Of a stretch of 47,150 bases of DNA, positions 24,274-36,525 are shown in pieces. The notes under the pieces were generated by a model. It made no database searches, was not told the origin of the DNA, and saw nothing but the letters and a program-made list of their open reading frames with translations. Origin of the DNA: Nemertoderma westbladi (lineage: Eukaryota > Animalia > Xenacoelomorpha); the NCBI GenBank assembly GCA_032718475.1, contig JAUCBJ010006021.1, positions 1 through 47,150 of the forward strand. The letters are read 5' to 3'. Every line of letters starts with the position of its first letter. The first letter of the stretch is position 1. Made by a program: the position numbers and the translations under genes.

Positions 24274-25681
24274 TAGGGCGGTGCGTTTTTTACTTTTTTT
24301 CGATTTCATTGTTCTACCGGTGCACAAAAGTTGCCAAATGGTAAAAAAATAAGGCAAAAAAAATTTCTTTAAATTTCGTCTATGTCTTCACGGATCCCAA
24401 GAGGGTTGAAATTTTGTGCCATCGCGATGCACCATAATGAAATTTATAACAATATAACACATTGATGAAAGATCAATGACTCAAAAAAGAACTTCCTGCA
24501 TGCATCAAATGTCATCAAATGGGTCCAAACTTAGTTAGATACCAAAATTTTAATTTTTGGATTAAGGGAAGTAGTGCCACAGGCACATGACCAGAACTTA
24601 CTCTTTGGCGCAAGTGATGATTATTCTCAATTTTGGTGATGGACAACTTTTAGTTCTCCTACGGCATTATTATTATGCTCATTAGAACCGCAATGACCGA
24701 TTTAGTGGGGGTAGACACCATCAAAATAAGCATAGAGCGAATAGTTCTTGAGATATTACAGAAAATGTTAAGTACGGCACAAGTCAACATTACTGCCTTG
24801 ATGATTTATAGACAAATACACAAAAATGTTACTTCTAATTATCTTAAGGCATCAAAAATAGACACATCACTGCAACAAATTGATTTAGTGTATACAGAGA
24901 CCTTCAAAATTAAAGAGTAGTGATTAATTCACTATAGTTTTTGTACAAAATGTGTGGAATGGGTCAACTCAATATCAAGTAGTAATTGGTGGATATAGTC
25001 TTGACATTTTGTAAAATAACTCAAGAACTAATGACTCTACTCTTATTTTGAAGGTGTCTTCACCCATTATATCGATCATTTCTGTGATGTGTCTATTCTT
25101 GATTCCTTGAGATAATTCAATATATCATTTATTGTGTATTTGTCCATATCACATCAAGGCGGTAATGTAGACTTGTGCCGTACTTCACATTTTCTGCGAT
25201 ATCTCAAGAACTATTCGCTCTACGTTTGTTTTGAAGGTGTCTACCCCCACTAAATCGGACATTGCGGTTCTAATGAGCATAATATGAATGCAGTAGGAGA
25301 ACTCAAAGTTGGCCATCGCGAAAATTGAGAATAATCATCACTTGCGCCAAATGGTAGGTTCTGGCCATGTGCCTGTGGCACTAGTTCCCTTGACCCAAAA
25401 ATTAAAATTTTGGTATCTAACTAAGTTTGGACCCATTTGATGACATTTGATGCATGCAGGAAGTTCTTTTTTGAGTCATTGATCTTTCATCAATGTGTTA
25501 TATTGTTATACATTTCATTATGGTGCATCGCGATGGCACAAAATTTCAACCCTCTTGGGATCCGTGAAGATATAGATGAAATTTAAAGAAATTTTTTTTG
25601 CCTTATTTTTTTACCATTTGGCAACTTTTGTGCACCGGTAGAACAATGAAATCGAAAAAAAGTAAAAAACGCACCGCCCTA
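24274..25681. mobile_element. hAT foldback element (1408 bp, almost entirely palindromic)
   Basis: TIR TAGGGCGGTGCG.. / ..CGCACCGCCCTA. 8-bp TSD GTAGACAG (24266-24273, 25682-25689). Arms ~670 bp. Confidence 0.92.
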
Positions 25682-26369
25682 GTAGACAGCTGGTACCGTA
25701 CAGGCTTGGAATCAGTAACTGTGGAACATACCGCATACTGTTACCGGTACAGCGGTACAGAGATTGTCTTAATCATAGTCAGAGTTAGTGCTGGTGAATG
25801 ATCTGATATTTATGGAGATTTTACGATTAACTACTGAACTATCTAATGACTGAACGACCAGATTACTCATATCATCGGATAAACCTGTCCAGCCTCGGAT
25901 CCCGGCACCTACCGTCCTGGCTGCCTGGAGGCTGGAGCGTATGATATATCGACAGATCAGTTCTCAGTTTCTATTTCAGTATTCACGTTATTCCGTATTC
26001 ATATGTTTCAACTTCGGATGGGCTATATCAGGGTGGACATTTCTGTATTTGGGCGACTTTCTGACTTTTAGTGGGCCAATCCAGGTGGATTATTTGGGCG
26101 ATTTTGCTGCTTGTGGGTGGGCCAATAGGGGTGGACTTTGGGTTGGGTTGGCATATACAGAGCGCATTTCATACACATTTCATAGTAAGGTAATTAATTA
26201 GATAGCCAGTGTCAATTCTCTTATTTAAAAGAGAACAGAAGGGCCCAGCATAACGACTGACTGGTCTGACCCGGGGACCAAGAACGTATTTCATCGTAAT
26301 TCAACGGAATTGCGGTTCGTCCCTTTCGGCGTTTTTTTATATTCCAACTTTCTAAACGGTTTCCTCCAT

Positions 26370-26900
26370 TGTAAAGGCTTTTGCGTAATCAGCCGGTTAT
26401 TTTCCCCGTAAAGTACTCTGTAGTTAGTTTACTAGGCATAAAAAGGCCGCGTCCTTACTGTACTGGTGTTTTAGAGGACATAATAGTAATTTCTTCTGTA
26501 GGTGTACTTTAGCGGACATAATCCGCAATTTTGTGACGCAATAAGCCGGATACTCTTGAAAACAGTGTGGCTACCATGACGACGGCTAACAGCTGATATT
26601 GCCACGTCGAACATTTCTTTGTTCTTTGTTCTCTCTTTGTTCGGTCGACCAATCAGAGCGTTTTTTGACTCTGTGTTGGAAGTTGGACAGAAACTCATGA
26701 ATTCAGTGTATATGTTTTGCCCAGAGCCTAAGAACACCGGCTTTTGGCACCTCCGTGTTTCAGTCTTTAGCTTAACATTAGTAGGCTTAATTATAGAACG
26801 TATATCTGTTATCAAATCAAATCATACCAAAACTCAGTTATCTCATTTAATCATAAATGCGACTATTTATCAATTAGTATCTACTGTAGTTGTTGAATAA
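26370..26900 (+). mobile_element. Diverged LTR of a related BEL family (solo or partial)
   Basis: Begins TGTAAAGGCTTTTGCG. Shares TTTTAGAGGACATAA, TTAGCGGACATAA, CCAATCAGAGCG and a 39-nt identical block with the main LTR. Confidence 0.8.
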
Positions 26901-26983
26901 TAAAGTTTGGAACGATTCGATTCGAAATATTCGCAAATAATCAACATTATGGAACGCGAAATTAAATACCCAAACTACACTTT

Positions 26984-27428
26984 CAGTGCCGGATTAACCT
27001 TAAGGCATATAAGGCACGTGCCTTAGGGCCAGCCGAAAATTCGGGCCATTTTTTCTCAGCGTGTCATTCCTGCGAAAAAAATATTTTTATCTGAAAATTC
27101 CACATTTTTTCTCACTAAATTTTGTAAAAAACAGAGCAAGTAAGTGCATCTTTCACCTACTTTCTATCACTAAATTTGTGATAGAAAGTGCAAAACTTCA
27201 AAATTTTATAGGCATAATATGCCGTTTAGGTAATGTGAAAATTCTTGATGAAAACTATTTTTGCAAAGTACTTATTATTAAAGTACTTATTATTTATTTT
27301 TCTCTATTTTTCCTTCGCAACATTTTCACAGTTTTTAGCAGCGTTTTCTTTTGAAAGGTTATTTTCGGGCCATTTTTGGAGATTACTAAAATGTGCCTTA
27401 GGGCCACGAGAGGCTTAATCCGGCACTG
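26984..27428. mobile_element. hAT MITE (445 bp)
   Basis: TIR CAGTGCCGGATTAA. 8-bp TSD TACACTTT (26976-26983, 27429-27436). Confidence 0.92.
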
Positions 27429-30400
27429 TACACTTTTACTTTTACTTCACAATTTCACTAGGTCTACTTATTGTCAATTGGAGTTTCGTATATTAATTAT
27501 ATTGTTAATTACAGTATTGTTCTATCGGTATTCAAGCAGTTAGTATAATGACATGCAGTACATCATTTATATATGTATACACTATGGCCTATTGTCATCG
27601 TTTTAATACTGTCATCAACTCAGGCTAAGGTCAATTGTAATGTAAAGGCTTTGTAGGTTTTGTATATCTGGGACGTTTACAACAGCTGTCGATTAAACAA
27701 ACAAAACCAGAAAACTGAACCAGGGTGCCAGCCGGGTACCAACGGCTGTTAGGTAGACTTAATGGAAGATTTTTACAAGGAGGCTTGTAAATGTACATTA
27801 TATTGGTTGCTCCGATGATTTTATTAGGCTAACTGAGGAGATTGTGTTAGGCATAAATAATTAGTGTTCTTTATTTTATTTATCTAATACAGAAAGCCAC
27901 CTCCACAGAATAAACTGCTCTTTTGGGCCGTTTCTCAGGTTGCGGATATGGATAAAATTTCACACATCATCGTAGTAATTGAGATTATGATTTGTTTGCC
28001 TAGGCGAATGTGTATTACATTAAAAGGGAGACAGTTTATTTTGTTGATGCAAGTCATTCTTGGTTTGCCAATCCCTTCTGTTTCTTGGAGTCTGTTTAAG
28101 ACAGGTTCGTTTAAAGCCATCTTGATGGCGTTCTAGTACCCCAAATATAAAGAGTAACCGATTCTCATACATAGATTCCGATTCCCGTACCAGATTTTCC
28201 ACAGAAACAGGTATGTCCTTAAAATAATATACAATTCCCACACACCCTCAACAACATCATTTATCAATCTTTATTATCCCTAAAGGTAAAATTAACACTT
28301 GAAAATCCTTCCCTTAATTATCCAGAGGTAGTAAATATAAGGGGGAACGAGCCTGAAGGAGGAGAAATGCCCCCAGTCCTCAATCTGGAAGTTGGAAGTC
28401 CGAACATAAGTAAATATATAAAATATTTTATCTGGAAGTTAGCAAGCCAACCAGTGGATCGGCCCACGATCTCAGCCACAGAATCCCAGTCCAGCATATG
28501 ACCTAGCCTGGGGGTGTCTGCAAAAATATATTAAATGCCTGTATAACAAATTCAAATCAACTCTCACTCACAATAGACCCAAGTACACTCTCTTGTACAT
28601 GTACAACTACCATCACCATCTACTACCATAGCAACAAACAACCTGATTCAACAACGACGCATCAAAACTCACTGGTGCAGCACAACCAGAGCAATATGGT
28701 AGGTAACCAATCCAAATCACATGCCTTCATGCGAGGTAATTCCATATTCAACACAACAGTTTAGCAGTGCAGAGCTAAAGATTAAAATCTCTGAATACTT
28801 AAAAATATATCTACAGTACTGATACACCTGCCCACAGTTACCACTTCAGGAGTCACTTAAGAGCCTGAAATCTAGAAAATGGCTATTATGCGATGTATTT
28901 GATGGCTTTCTTGGAATACTTCAATGTGCATTTCCGCACACAACATCTATATGCAGTCAATTCCGTGTTAAGGTATTGTAGGGTACCCTAACAATATTTA
29001 AAAAAAATTCGAAAATTTTTTCTTGAATATTTAAGATCACAATTTTTCGAAGATTACAGAAATCGGGATTTTATAGGAATAGGATACGCCTAAGAAAACC
29101 AAATGTCAGTCGGTCTGTTGGTCGGTCTGTCTGAAAAGTCTGACAAATCTGACAGACAGACCGACAGTCTAGATTTGGTCAAACTCAAAAACTGACATCA
29201 GAAATGAAATCACCGACCAGGAAAACCCCCAGATCGGAATTTTTAGACAGGTGGTGTACTTATTTATTATTTTCAACCCGTTTGAATAATCCCTCGTTTT
29301 ATAAAAAATGGCGGGAAGCTTTGAAAACTTTGAATGCCTTTTTCTTGAAAAGTAATATTTTGTGTTTTTTTAGACACTTTTCTGAGGAACTACTGGAAGA
29401 AATCTCAAGATAATTTCCGGAAATATTTACAACAACGATTGGCCTATGCATGACTAGAATTTTGATGTTTGGGTGCTTTCTTAAGAAGTTATTAAGAAAA
29501 CAGCTGTTGAAATTTCGATTTTTGGTCAAAAACTGGGCATTGTTTACAAAAATTGCTGTAAACAGGGTAGATCTTTTTACGGAACACAAGCGAACACAGC
29601 AGAACACACCAGCATTTCCAACAGAAAGATAAAATTGCACATAACGATTTGATATATCTTGTGAAGTTGTGTGAAGTCTACCATGCAGCCATGTGAAGTT
29701 TCCTGCACAGTTTGGGAAAGTACTCAGAATTGTGACGGGATCAGGGGATCCCGACCGGTTTTGGTTTATTTACGCGTCCCCGCCGTGCGAATGAAAGAGT
29801 TTATCGTTGTTGTAGTTCTTCCAATATTGTTAATGCAGTTCGATAATATGATATAGTATACGGCATAAGTCGAGATAACAGATAGCACAGTTGACCGGTA
29901 ATAATGCAATATGATGATATAACTGGTGACGGCGGTGACGGTGTTAAAGTGTCACCGTACTGCCCTGTGTGACTGAGATAACTGAACTGAGATGGATACT
30001 CACCGGTAATATATATTGGTTAGCTACATTACCTATGGCCATTGTACCTAGCGGATGCATTTCCTGGCTCTGATTGGCCAATAACCTAATTCTCGGCTCT
30101 CACCTCTGTGGGAGTGTCCCCCCCCCCCCCCCCCCCCCCCGCTGCTGGCACTTTCCTCTCCCGGAGGTTTAACCTCTGACCTCCCTTTGTGTGTGGCCCT
30201 TCGGGGTTTGTTGTCCCCGTTTATTGGGTGTGTGATACGAGGTTAATTGGGGATTAACCTCGTATCCCCAATATTGCTTAAAGGCGCCAATTCCCACTTT
30301 ATGGGGTTTGGTGAGGCGGAATTGAATCCGCTCACAAGAATCTCTAAGTAATCTCCCTCTCCAGGGGAAATTGGACGTAAATAACAGCTGATTACTCCAA

Positions 30401-31149
30401 AAAATAAAACTTTAACCTGTTCTATTGTGTTTAGTTTATTGTTTTGGTTAGCATAATGTGCCACTGTAACCTGTGCTCCTTTCCCTAAATTGAGAATTTA
30501 ACATTGAGGCGGGAGATTAATTCTCCAAGGCGGGTTTTGCGTTCAGTCCCCCCCCCCCCCCCCCCTGTCTCTAATTTTCTGGTTTATCTATAATCTGTAG
30601 CATTGTTGCTTACCCTATTCAATTTAATTAATGAAGATCCCGTTTCAGGGCCATTGATGTTTTATTTTATACTGTACTATTATATAATATACGGTAAATT
30701 ATAAACCCTCACAGCTCACAATGTATTTTCCCCTTAAAACGACCTTATTAACATAACAAATCAATGCTTCCACCAAAGCGTACTTTGTCATCTGTCCTAT
30801 GTATAGTTGGCCTTATTGGATAGATATCATTTTTGGATCGAAAAATTACTGCCAGAAACATATTCTCCATCATCGATTATCTCAAAAAGCATAATATACT
30901 GTAGTGAGTGTGAATGAATGGCCATTATGATTAATCTATATTTCTTTACACTACTGTAGCACTATGGTGGCCCATGGCTGCCACCTCTTGATAAAATATT
31001 TAAATAATAAATAAGTGGAAAAAATATCTTGAAAAAAAATAATTAAAATAAAATATCTTTAAAAAAATCTCAGTAAAAAATATCTTGGAAAAGAAAGGTA
31101 AAAAAATACTCACGAAAAAATTTCCATATAATATAAATACTGTTAAAGA

Positions 31150-31420
31150 AAAAAAAATACCCCACGTGGCCCAGGGCTGCCATCACCCCATCATCAGATA
31201 ACAGTTGGCCCATGGCTGCCATTAAAAAAACAAATAGTAAAAAATATAAAATACCCCCCTCGTGGCCCAGGGCTGCCACTGACCCAGAATCACTAATAGT
31301 ATTGGACCATGGCTGCCATTAAAAAACTACAGTAATAGTAAACAAATAAAATACCCCCTCGTGGCCCAGGGCTGCCACTGCCCCCAAGATCAGTAATACA
31401 TGGACCATGGCTGCCAGACT
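31150..31420 (+). repeat. ~80-100-bp tandem repeats (CGTGGCCCAGGGCTGCCA..CATGGCTGCCA), 3 copies
   Basis: Units at ~31165, ~31261 and ~31360. Confidence 0.75.
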
Positions 31421-32925
31421 ACTGTGGGGCAAGCCACGAAGTGAGTGAGCCTTAGCGTAGGGTTACCATTAATCAACCTGTGGGGCGAGCCACGAAGTGA
31501 GTGAGCCTTAGCGTAGTGGTACCATTAATCAACCTGTCGTTCTGTCGTTCTGTCGCGTCCAATTTTAAACGTTAATAACTCAGCCAATCTTTGATGAAAT
31601 CTATCCGGACTTGGTACACATGTTGTTTGGCAAATGTTTATAAATTTTTCAAGTTGAATTTTCGTGTGGCCTTCTTGAAGCTAAGATAATAGCACTTAAT
31701 TAGTTAATTAAATTGATTACTGTAAAAACACCGTTTTCAACCTGCCTTTTAAAGGAATTTAATTATTTTATAGTATAAGATTTAAATAATTATACTTAAA
31801 AGTTATATAGCTGTAATCCCCATACCCCATTACATAGTAGTTTTTAATTAGTTCACGTGATTTTCTTTAATAAATGTGTCTTTAATTGATCTAAACGTAA
31901 TTAAAACTTCACAATTATTGAGTACAAATTTAATCCTGCCCATTATTGGTTAATATAGTCTCTGTGGGGGTGTGGAGCAGCTACAGTAGCTGCTGGGAGT
32001 TTTTACTGTAGCTTAACCAGAGGGGAATTGTAATATACTGTATATTATTTAAATACCCATATTACTACTGTACATCGGCATACGATGTGTTGGCGTTGTA
32101 TCACACATCTCCACAATTTTCGAAACTTCGCATTGTGGGGCGAGACACGTAGTCGGCGAGCCTTGGCATACGGTTCATATAGGGCAAATGGGGCATGTCC
32201 GTCTGTCTGTGTGTCTGTCTGTCCGTTTGTTTGTCTGTCTGGTAAATCTTTGTTGAACGCGAATTTCTCGGCATCGCTGATTTGAAATTGAACCAAACTT
32301 GGTAGGTAAGTAGTAGAGGGAAAGTTTAGAAAATTTGTAAAGTTTGGTGAAAAATCATGCAGTCTGACGTCAGCTACGACAGATTATGTGGTTTTTAGAA
32401 AATGTTAAATTTCTCTTCATTTTCCAGAGCTGAAATTTTGGTTGCTTGTAGAGAATCATAAAGTCTATCTTCTACGAAAATGAAAAGTTAAGACATTTAA
32501 TTGGGGATCGGCTAGAGACTCCGAAGTAATGACATAGGCCTACCGGTACGGTACTGCTGTACTGTACAAGTACGAAATTGCAGAATAATAATTTGACACC
32601 ACCTAGCGGATTAATATATAATTGTATATTGATCGAATACATTTTATAGCATGGGGTATAGGGTCCGAGCCACGAAGTTGGCGGAGCCTTTGCGAACTGG
32701 CGCTATCTCTTAGGGGGGTAGGTCATATGGCAAATAGTTCATTCAATAATTGTACTGTATGTCATCATCGTCGCTACGATTTTGACTTACTTATATCTTC
32801 GTCGGATTTAAAGCTTTCGAGTCTAAAATTAGTAGGCATCAATAAGACCATAAGTTTTGTTATTAAGGGACTTCCAGACACCATCAAATCCTCAGTCTCT
32901 CGCTAGAGGGCTACATGTCTAGATA
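31421..32925 (+). mobile_element. Cluster of Helentron/DINE-like non-autonomous elements
   Basis: Head TGTGGGGCGAGCCACGAAGTGAG.GAGCCTT at 31423, 31479, 32134 and partially 32665. Followed by (GTCT/GTCG)n microsatellite and a (CC)AAACTTGGTA-like core. Confidence 0.55.
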
Positions 32926-34475
32926 TTATATATCCTCACATTTTCTTTGCTTTAAACCCGTTCTAGTCCATGTACTGTATGGACCATTGTACTAGACCAT
33001 AAGTAGGGGCCTATAGAGTTGTGTTAATAAGTACCCTATAGTGTACCAACAGAATTGGTATTAAAAATTGTTAAATGATTTAGACTCATTTCCGTTGCCC
33101 TGGAAACTAAATTGGTAATATGTAGTAGCGCATATATTAGTCAGGCCATAGTCATTTAGACTAAAGTTTGTTTTCACAAAATTTGGGGAAAATCTCACCA
33201 ATAATTACGTTGTTGCTACTGTATGTAAAAATCCCTGTTGCTAAGGAAAGAAGCATGGCATTGAAAGTGAACCGCATATTTTTTTTATAGATTTATTTGT
33301 TAATTCTAGCAAGATAATGTAGAATAAGAAAATTTGTGTGATGAATTGCGAATTAGTTTTTTGTTATCACCTATAATACAGTATTTCGCTAGATTGACTG
33401 GACTATTACACTGTAAACTATCTGTAAAGTTTAATCTGTAAACTTTCAGGTTTCCGGAATGCAACAGGTATCACTTTGCGGTATGCTATATGGGACAGAA
33501 CGCTGCAAAGTAATCACTAACTTATTAACAATAAACTTCTAGAACAAGTCACTCTATTTTGTCTTCTACGTTGTTAGAGTAGTAACTGGAATTAATTGCA
33601 TAAAAGGACATGAATTACATTAAGTGGTTGGCGACGTCTGTTTGTCATCTTAAATTTTGACTGACAAACTGGTAGATGGAAATACCGCGTTACTCGAGAA
33701 CTAAAATGAGATCTCTCCAACCGTTATGGTCATTAAATTCTGTATCAGATTAAATTAAAAAACAAAAAGTTGAAAAGGTTCAAATCGACGCAAATAACAG
33801 CACAAAAAACTAGAAAAAAATATAACTGTATAATCTGTGATATTTAATGTTTTCGTTGGAATAACGTGCCACTCTAACTTTCTATTCTTATTTGATAATT
33901 ACAAGATAATTATTAATTCGCCTAGCTTGGATTTGCGTAAAGTCCCCTTTAAGTTTACGCTGCCGCTCCTACAGAACAACCTGGCAGATTAGAAATTCTA
34001 TGTTTAATCCCCAATGCCGCGGCTGCTCTGTTATTAAGTAATGCTATCCATTCATTGATTATAAATATTCTAATTAAATTAATATCAATTCGTCCTATCA
34101 CACATTGAAATGTATCTATCTGATTGTTTCCTATTTCAGTTAGAAAGTCATTCTTTGTCTCCCCATAAATTAAATGAAAAACTAAAATAATTCGTCAATA
34201 GTCAATAAACTGTTTATTTTACGATCTATTAAGCATCCCAATTTACATGTAGCTACAATTTGAAAAATAATGTGACAGGAATATTTTTACTATTAAGGAA
34301 ATATTGCACCAAAATACTAATAATGAACTACTTGAAAAAACTACTGCAGAACCAAAATTCTAACATATTTAAATAAACAAAATTATAGACACAAGATTTA
34401 TGAAATATTATTTATTATAAATTAATTATATTATCTACTAGACTATCTGTAAAGTCTCTGCATTATTTAAGAGTT

Positions 34476-34796
34476 TTAGCAGCATTCGTGTATTTCTTCA
34501 TCGTCGCATCCTTCGTTTATACATTCTTCGGAGAGTGTGGACGCCCCACCACAACCTTCCGCTACTTCCTCTGTGTTGCATCCCTCGTGGCAGCATTCCT
34601 CCGAGAGAGATCTACGGCTCCGGCGTTTAAGGAAGGAGTCGGAATCGTTGCCGTCCTGGGTTTCCGCCGATCGCCTTCTCCTATTGCTGCAACATAAACC
34701 GCGACTGTGGTGATACAAGTCGTCTCTCCCGTAATGTTTACTGAGGCAAACTTCAACCAAAATACAAAACAAAACTACACACATTAAAGTTTTCAT
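34476..34796 (-). CDS. Insulin-like prepropeptide (106 aa) with two tandem A-chains
   Basis: Hydrophobic signal peptide (aa 1-19). B-like segment ending LCC. RRRR and KRRSRR convertase sites around a short C-peptide. A1 SLSEECCHEGCNTEEVAEGC (canonical CC-x3-C-x8-C); A2 TLSEECINEGCDDEEIHECC. Confidence 0.88.
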   Translation of the reverse strand: MKTLMCVVLFCILVEVCLSKHYGRDDLYHHSRGLCCSNRRRRSAETQDGNDSDSFLKRRSRRSLSEECCHEGCNTEEVAEGCGGASTLSEECINEGCDDEEIHECC

Positions 34797-34887
34797 AGTT
34801 CTGTAGTAGATTGTCAGTTAGTAGCAGAATTAGTGAATTTTGAGATGAATAATTAATGATATTCTGCAGAAAACAAATAACAGAGGC

Positions 34888-34926
34888 TAATGAGATAACG
34901 GCTGGCAAAAAGCAAACCAATTTATA
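34888..34926 (-). promoter_or_regulatory. Candidate core promoter of the insulin-like gene (TATA + Inr)
   Basis: Minus-strand TATAAA at 34926-34921 and TCATTA at 34893-34888. TACTAAC..CTACAG just before the ATG may be a 5'UTR splice acceptor. AATAAA signals downstream at 34416-34411 and 34218-34213. Confidence 0.4.
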
Positions 34927-35887
34927 CAGAGAGATCTGCATTGTGCAAAGGGCACACAGCTGATAGGCCACCCTTAGTTACACTTCTTTACCAATAAATA
35001 TCGGCGGACCGGTTCCTTCAAATGATTGGGCAGCTTTCACTGTTACCTCTTTCAAACGACATCACATTGATTGGTTGTTATTAGAATGTGATAATTAATA
35101 GAGTTTGTTATGTGGAGATGGATTAGATATTGCCTGTAATAATGTCGATGCTCTTGTCCCTGGTGATTTCGAGTGTCAAGTACTATGCAATCAATTAATA
35201 ATTGTGGCTATGGGTTCGAATGGAATTACAAGTAAACTAGTTTAAGTAATATAGTATTAATACAGTACAACATAATAATGCTCAGTTGTTACTTCAGAAA
35301 TAGCCCTTACTCTGTACCTCAGTACCTCACACCCCACAACAATATAATATTATACAGTAATTAGAATCTTACAAAAACGAATTGCGAATGTTCTAAAAAT
35401 ATAATTGATAAATCAAATATTACAGGCCCTAGCTGTTTATAATAATATTGTAATTAACCTCACAGGAGCTCGGTAAATATAATATCACGGGAATAATAGA
35501 AAAGTTATACTTTTTCCAAGTAGGCCTAATAAATAATTATTATCATTTTGTAAGAGATGTTGTTTTCTTTCAAAACCCCACTTTTGGGCCCATGTGAAGA
35601 TTTCCAGACTTTCTGCCGTTATATTTCACAGAAGGGCTGAATCTAACCAAAACAATAAACGAATTAGTATTTGTACAGGTTATAAGACAGAAATAAGCGC
35701 TATAAAACACTTAATAAAGGTAAATTAAAAAAAATAAAAAATCTTCATATATAAAATTCCAATAAAAAGTCGACCGAAAAGTGAAATCTTTGTATTCTTC
35801 ACATGGGCGCACTTTTGAATTAGAGGTTTACATGACAACTTTATAGGAAATTTGAAGTAAGTGAAGCACCAATGTCAAATTACTGCT

Positions 35888-36525
35888 ACTGTGAGGCGAG
35901 CCACGAAGAGGGCGAATCCTTAGTACTGTATATGGGTACCATTTAAGAGTTGTCTGTTTGTCGTCGTCTGCTGTCATCGTCGTCTATTTATAGATCGCTA
36001 ATAACATTCCTTGATGAAATTAAACCAACGTCAAAAATGAGAGAGTCTGTCAGTCGGTACCAGTAGTTTAAGACTTTTGATAAAAGTCGAAATAAGTCGG
36101 CCAATCATTGCTGAAATTAATCCAAACTTGGTACGTATGCAGTCCGTCATCCAATGACTATCGATTGACTGAAACATGCACTACTGTGGGGCGAGCCACG
36201 AAGTGAGCGAAGCTTTAGCATATGGGTGCCATTGGGGAGTTGTCTGTTGTCTGTCGTCGTCGCCTGTCGTCGTCGTCGTCGTAAATTTTAGATCGCTAAT
36301 AACTCGGTTATTCCTTGATGAAATTAAACGAAACTTAGAATGTATGTAGTCCGTCAAAAGTTTAGAAAGAATCTGAAGTTTGGTCAAGAACAAATGAACG
36401 CAACGAGGCACAAGAGGAGGACGAGTATTGTATTGAAGACTTCTGACTAACGGCAGACAACTCGTTAATGGTGCCCCCCATATGCTAAAGGCTTTGTTCA
36501 CTTCGTGCTGCGCGAAGGCCCCACG
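35888..36525 (+). mobile_element. Two more copies of the GCGAGCCACGAAG Helentron/DINE-like family
   Basis: Heads at 35888 and 36183 with (GTC)n microsatellite. The 36183 copy has an inverted copy of its head at 36466-36524. Confidence 0.6.

Noticed and set aside
27935-28520. Coding-like minus-strand fragments (WGIVYYFKDIP.., MALNEPVLNRL..)
   Set aside because: Interrupted by stops and frameshifts with no recognisable motif; would need BLASTX.
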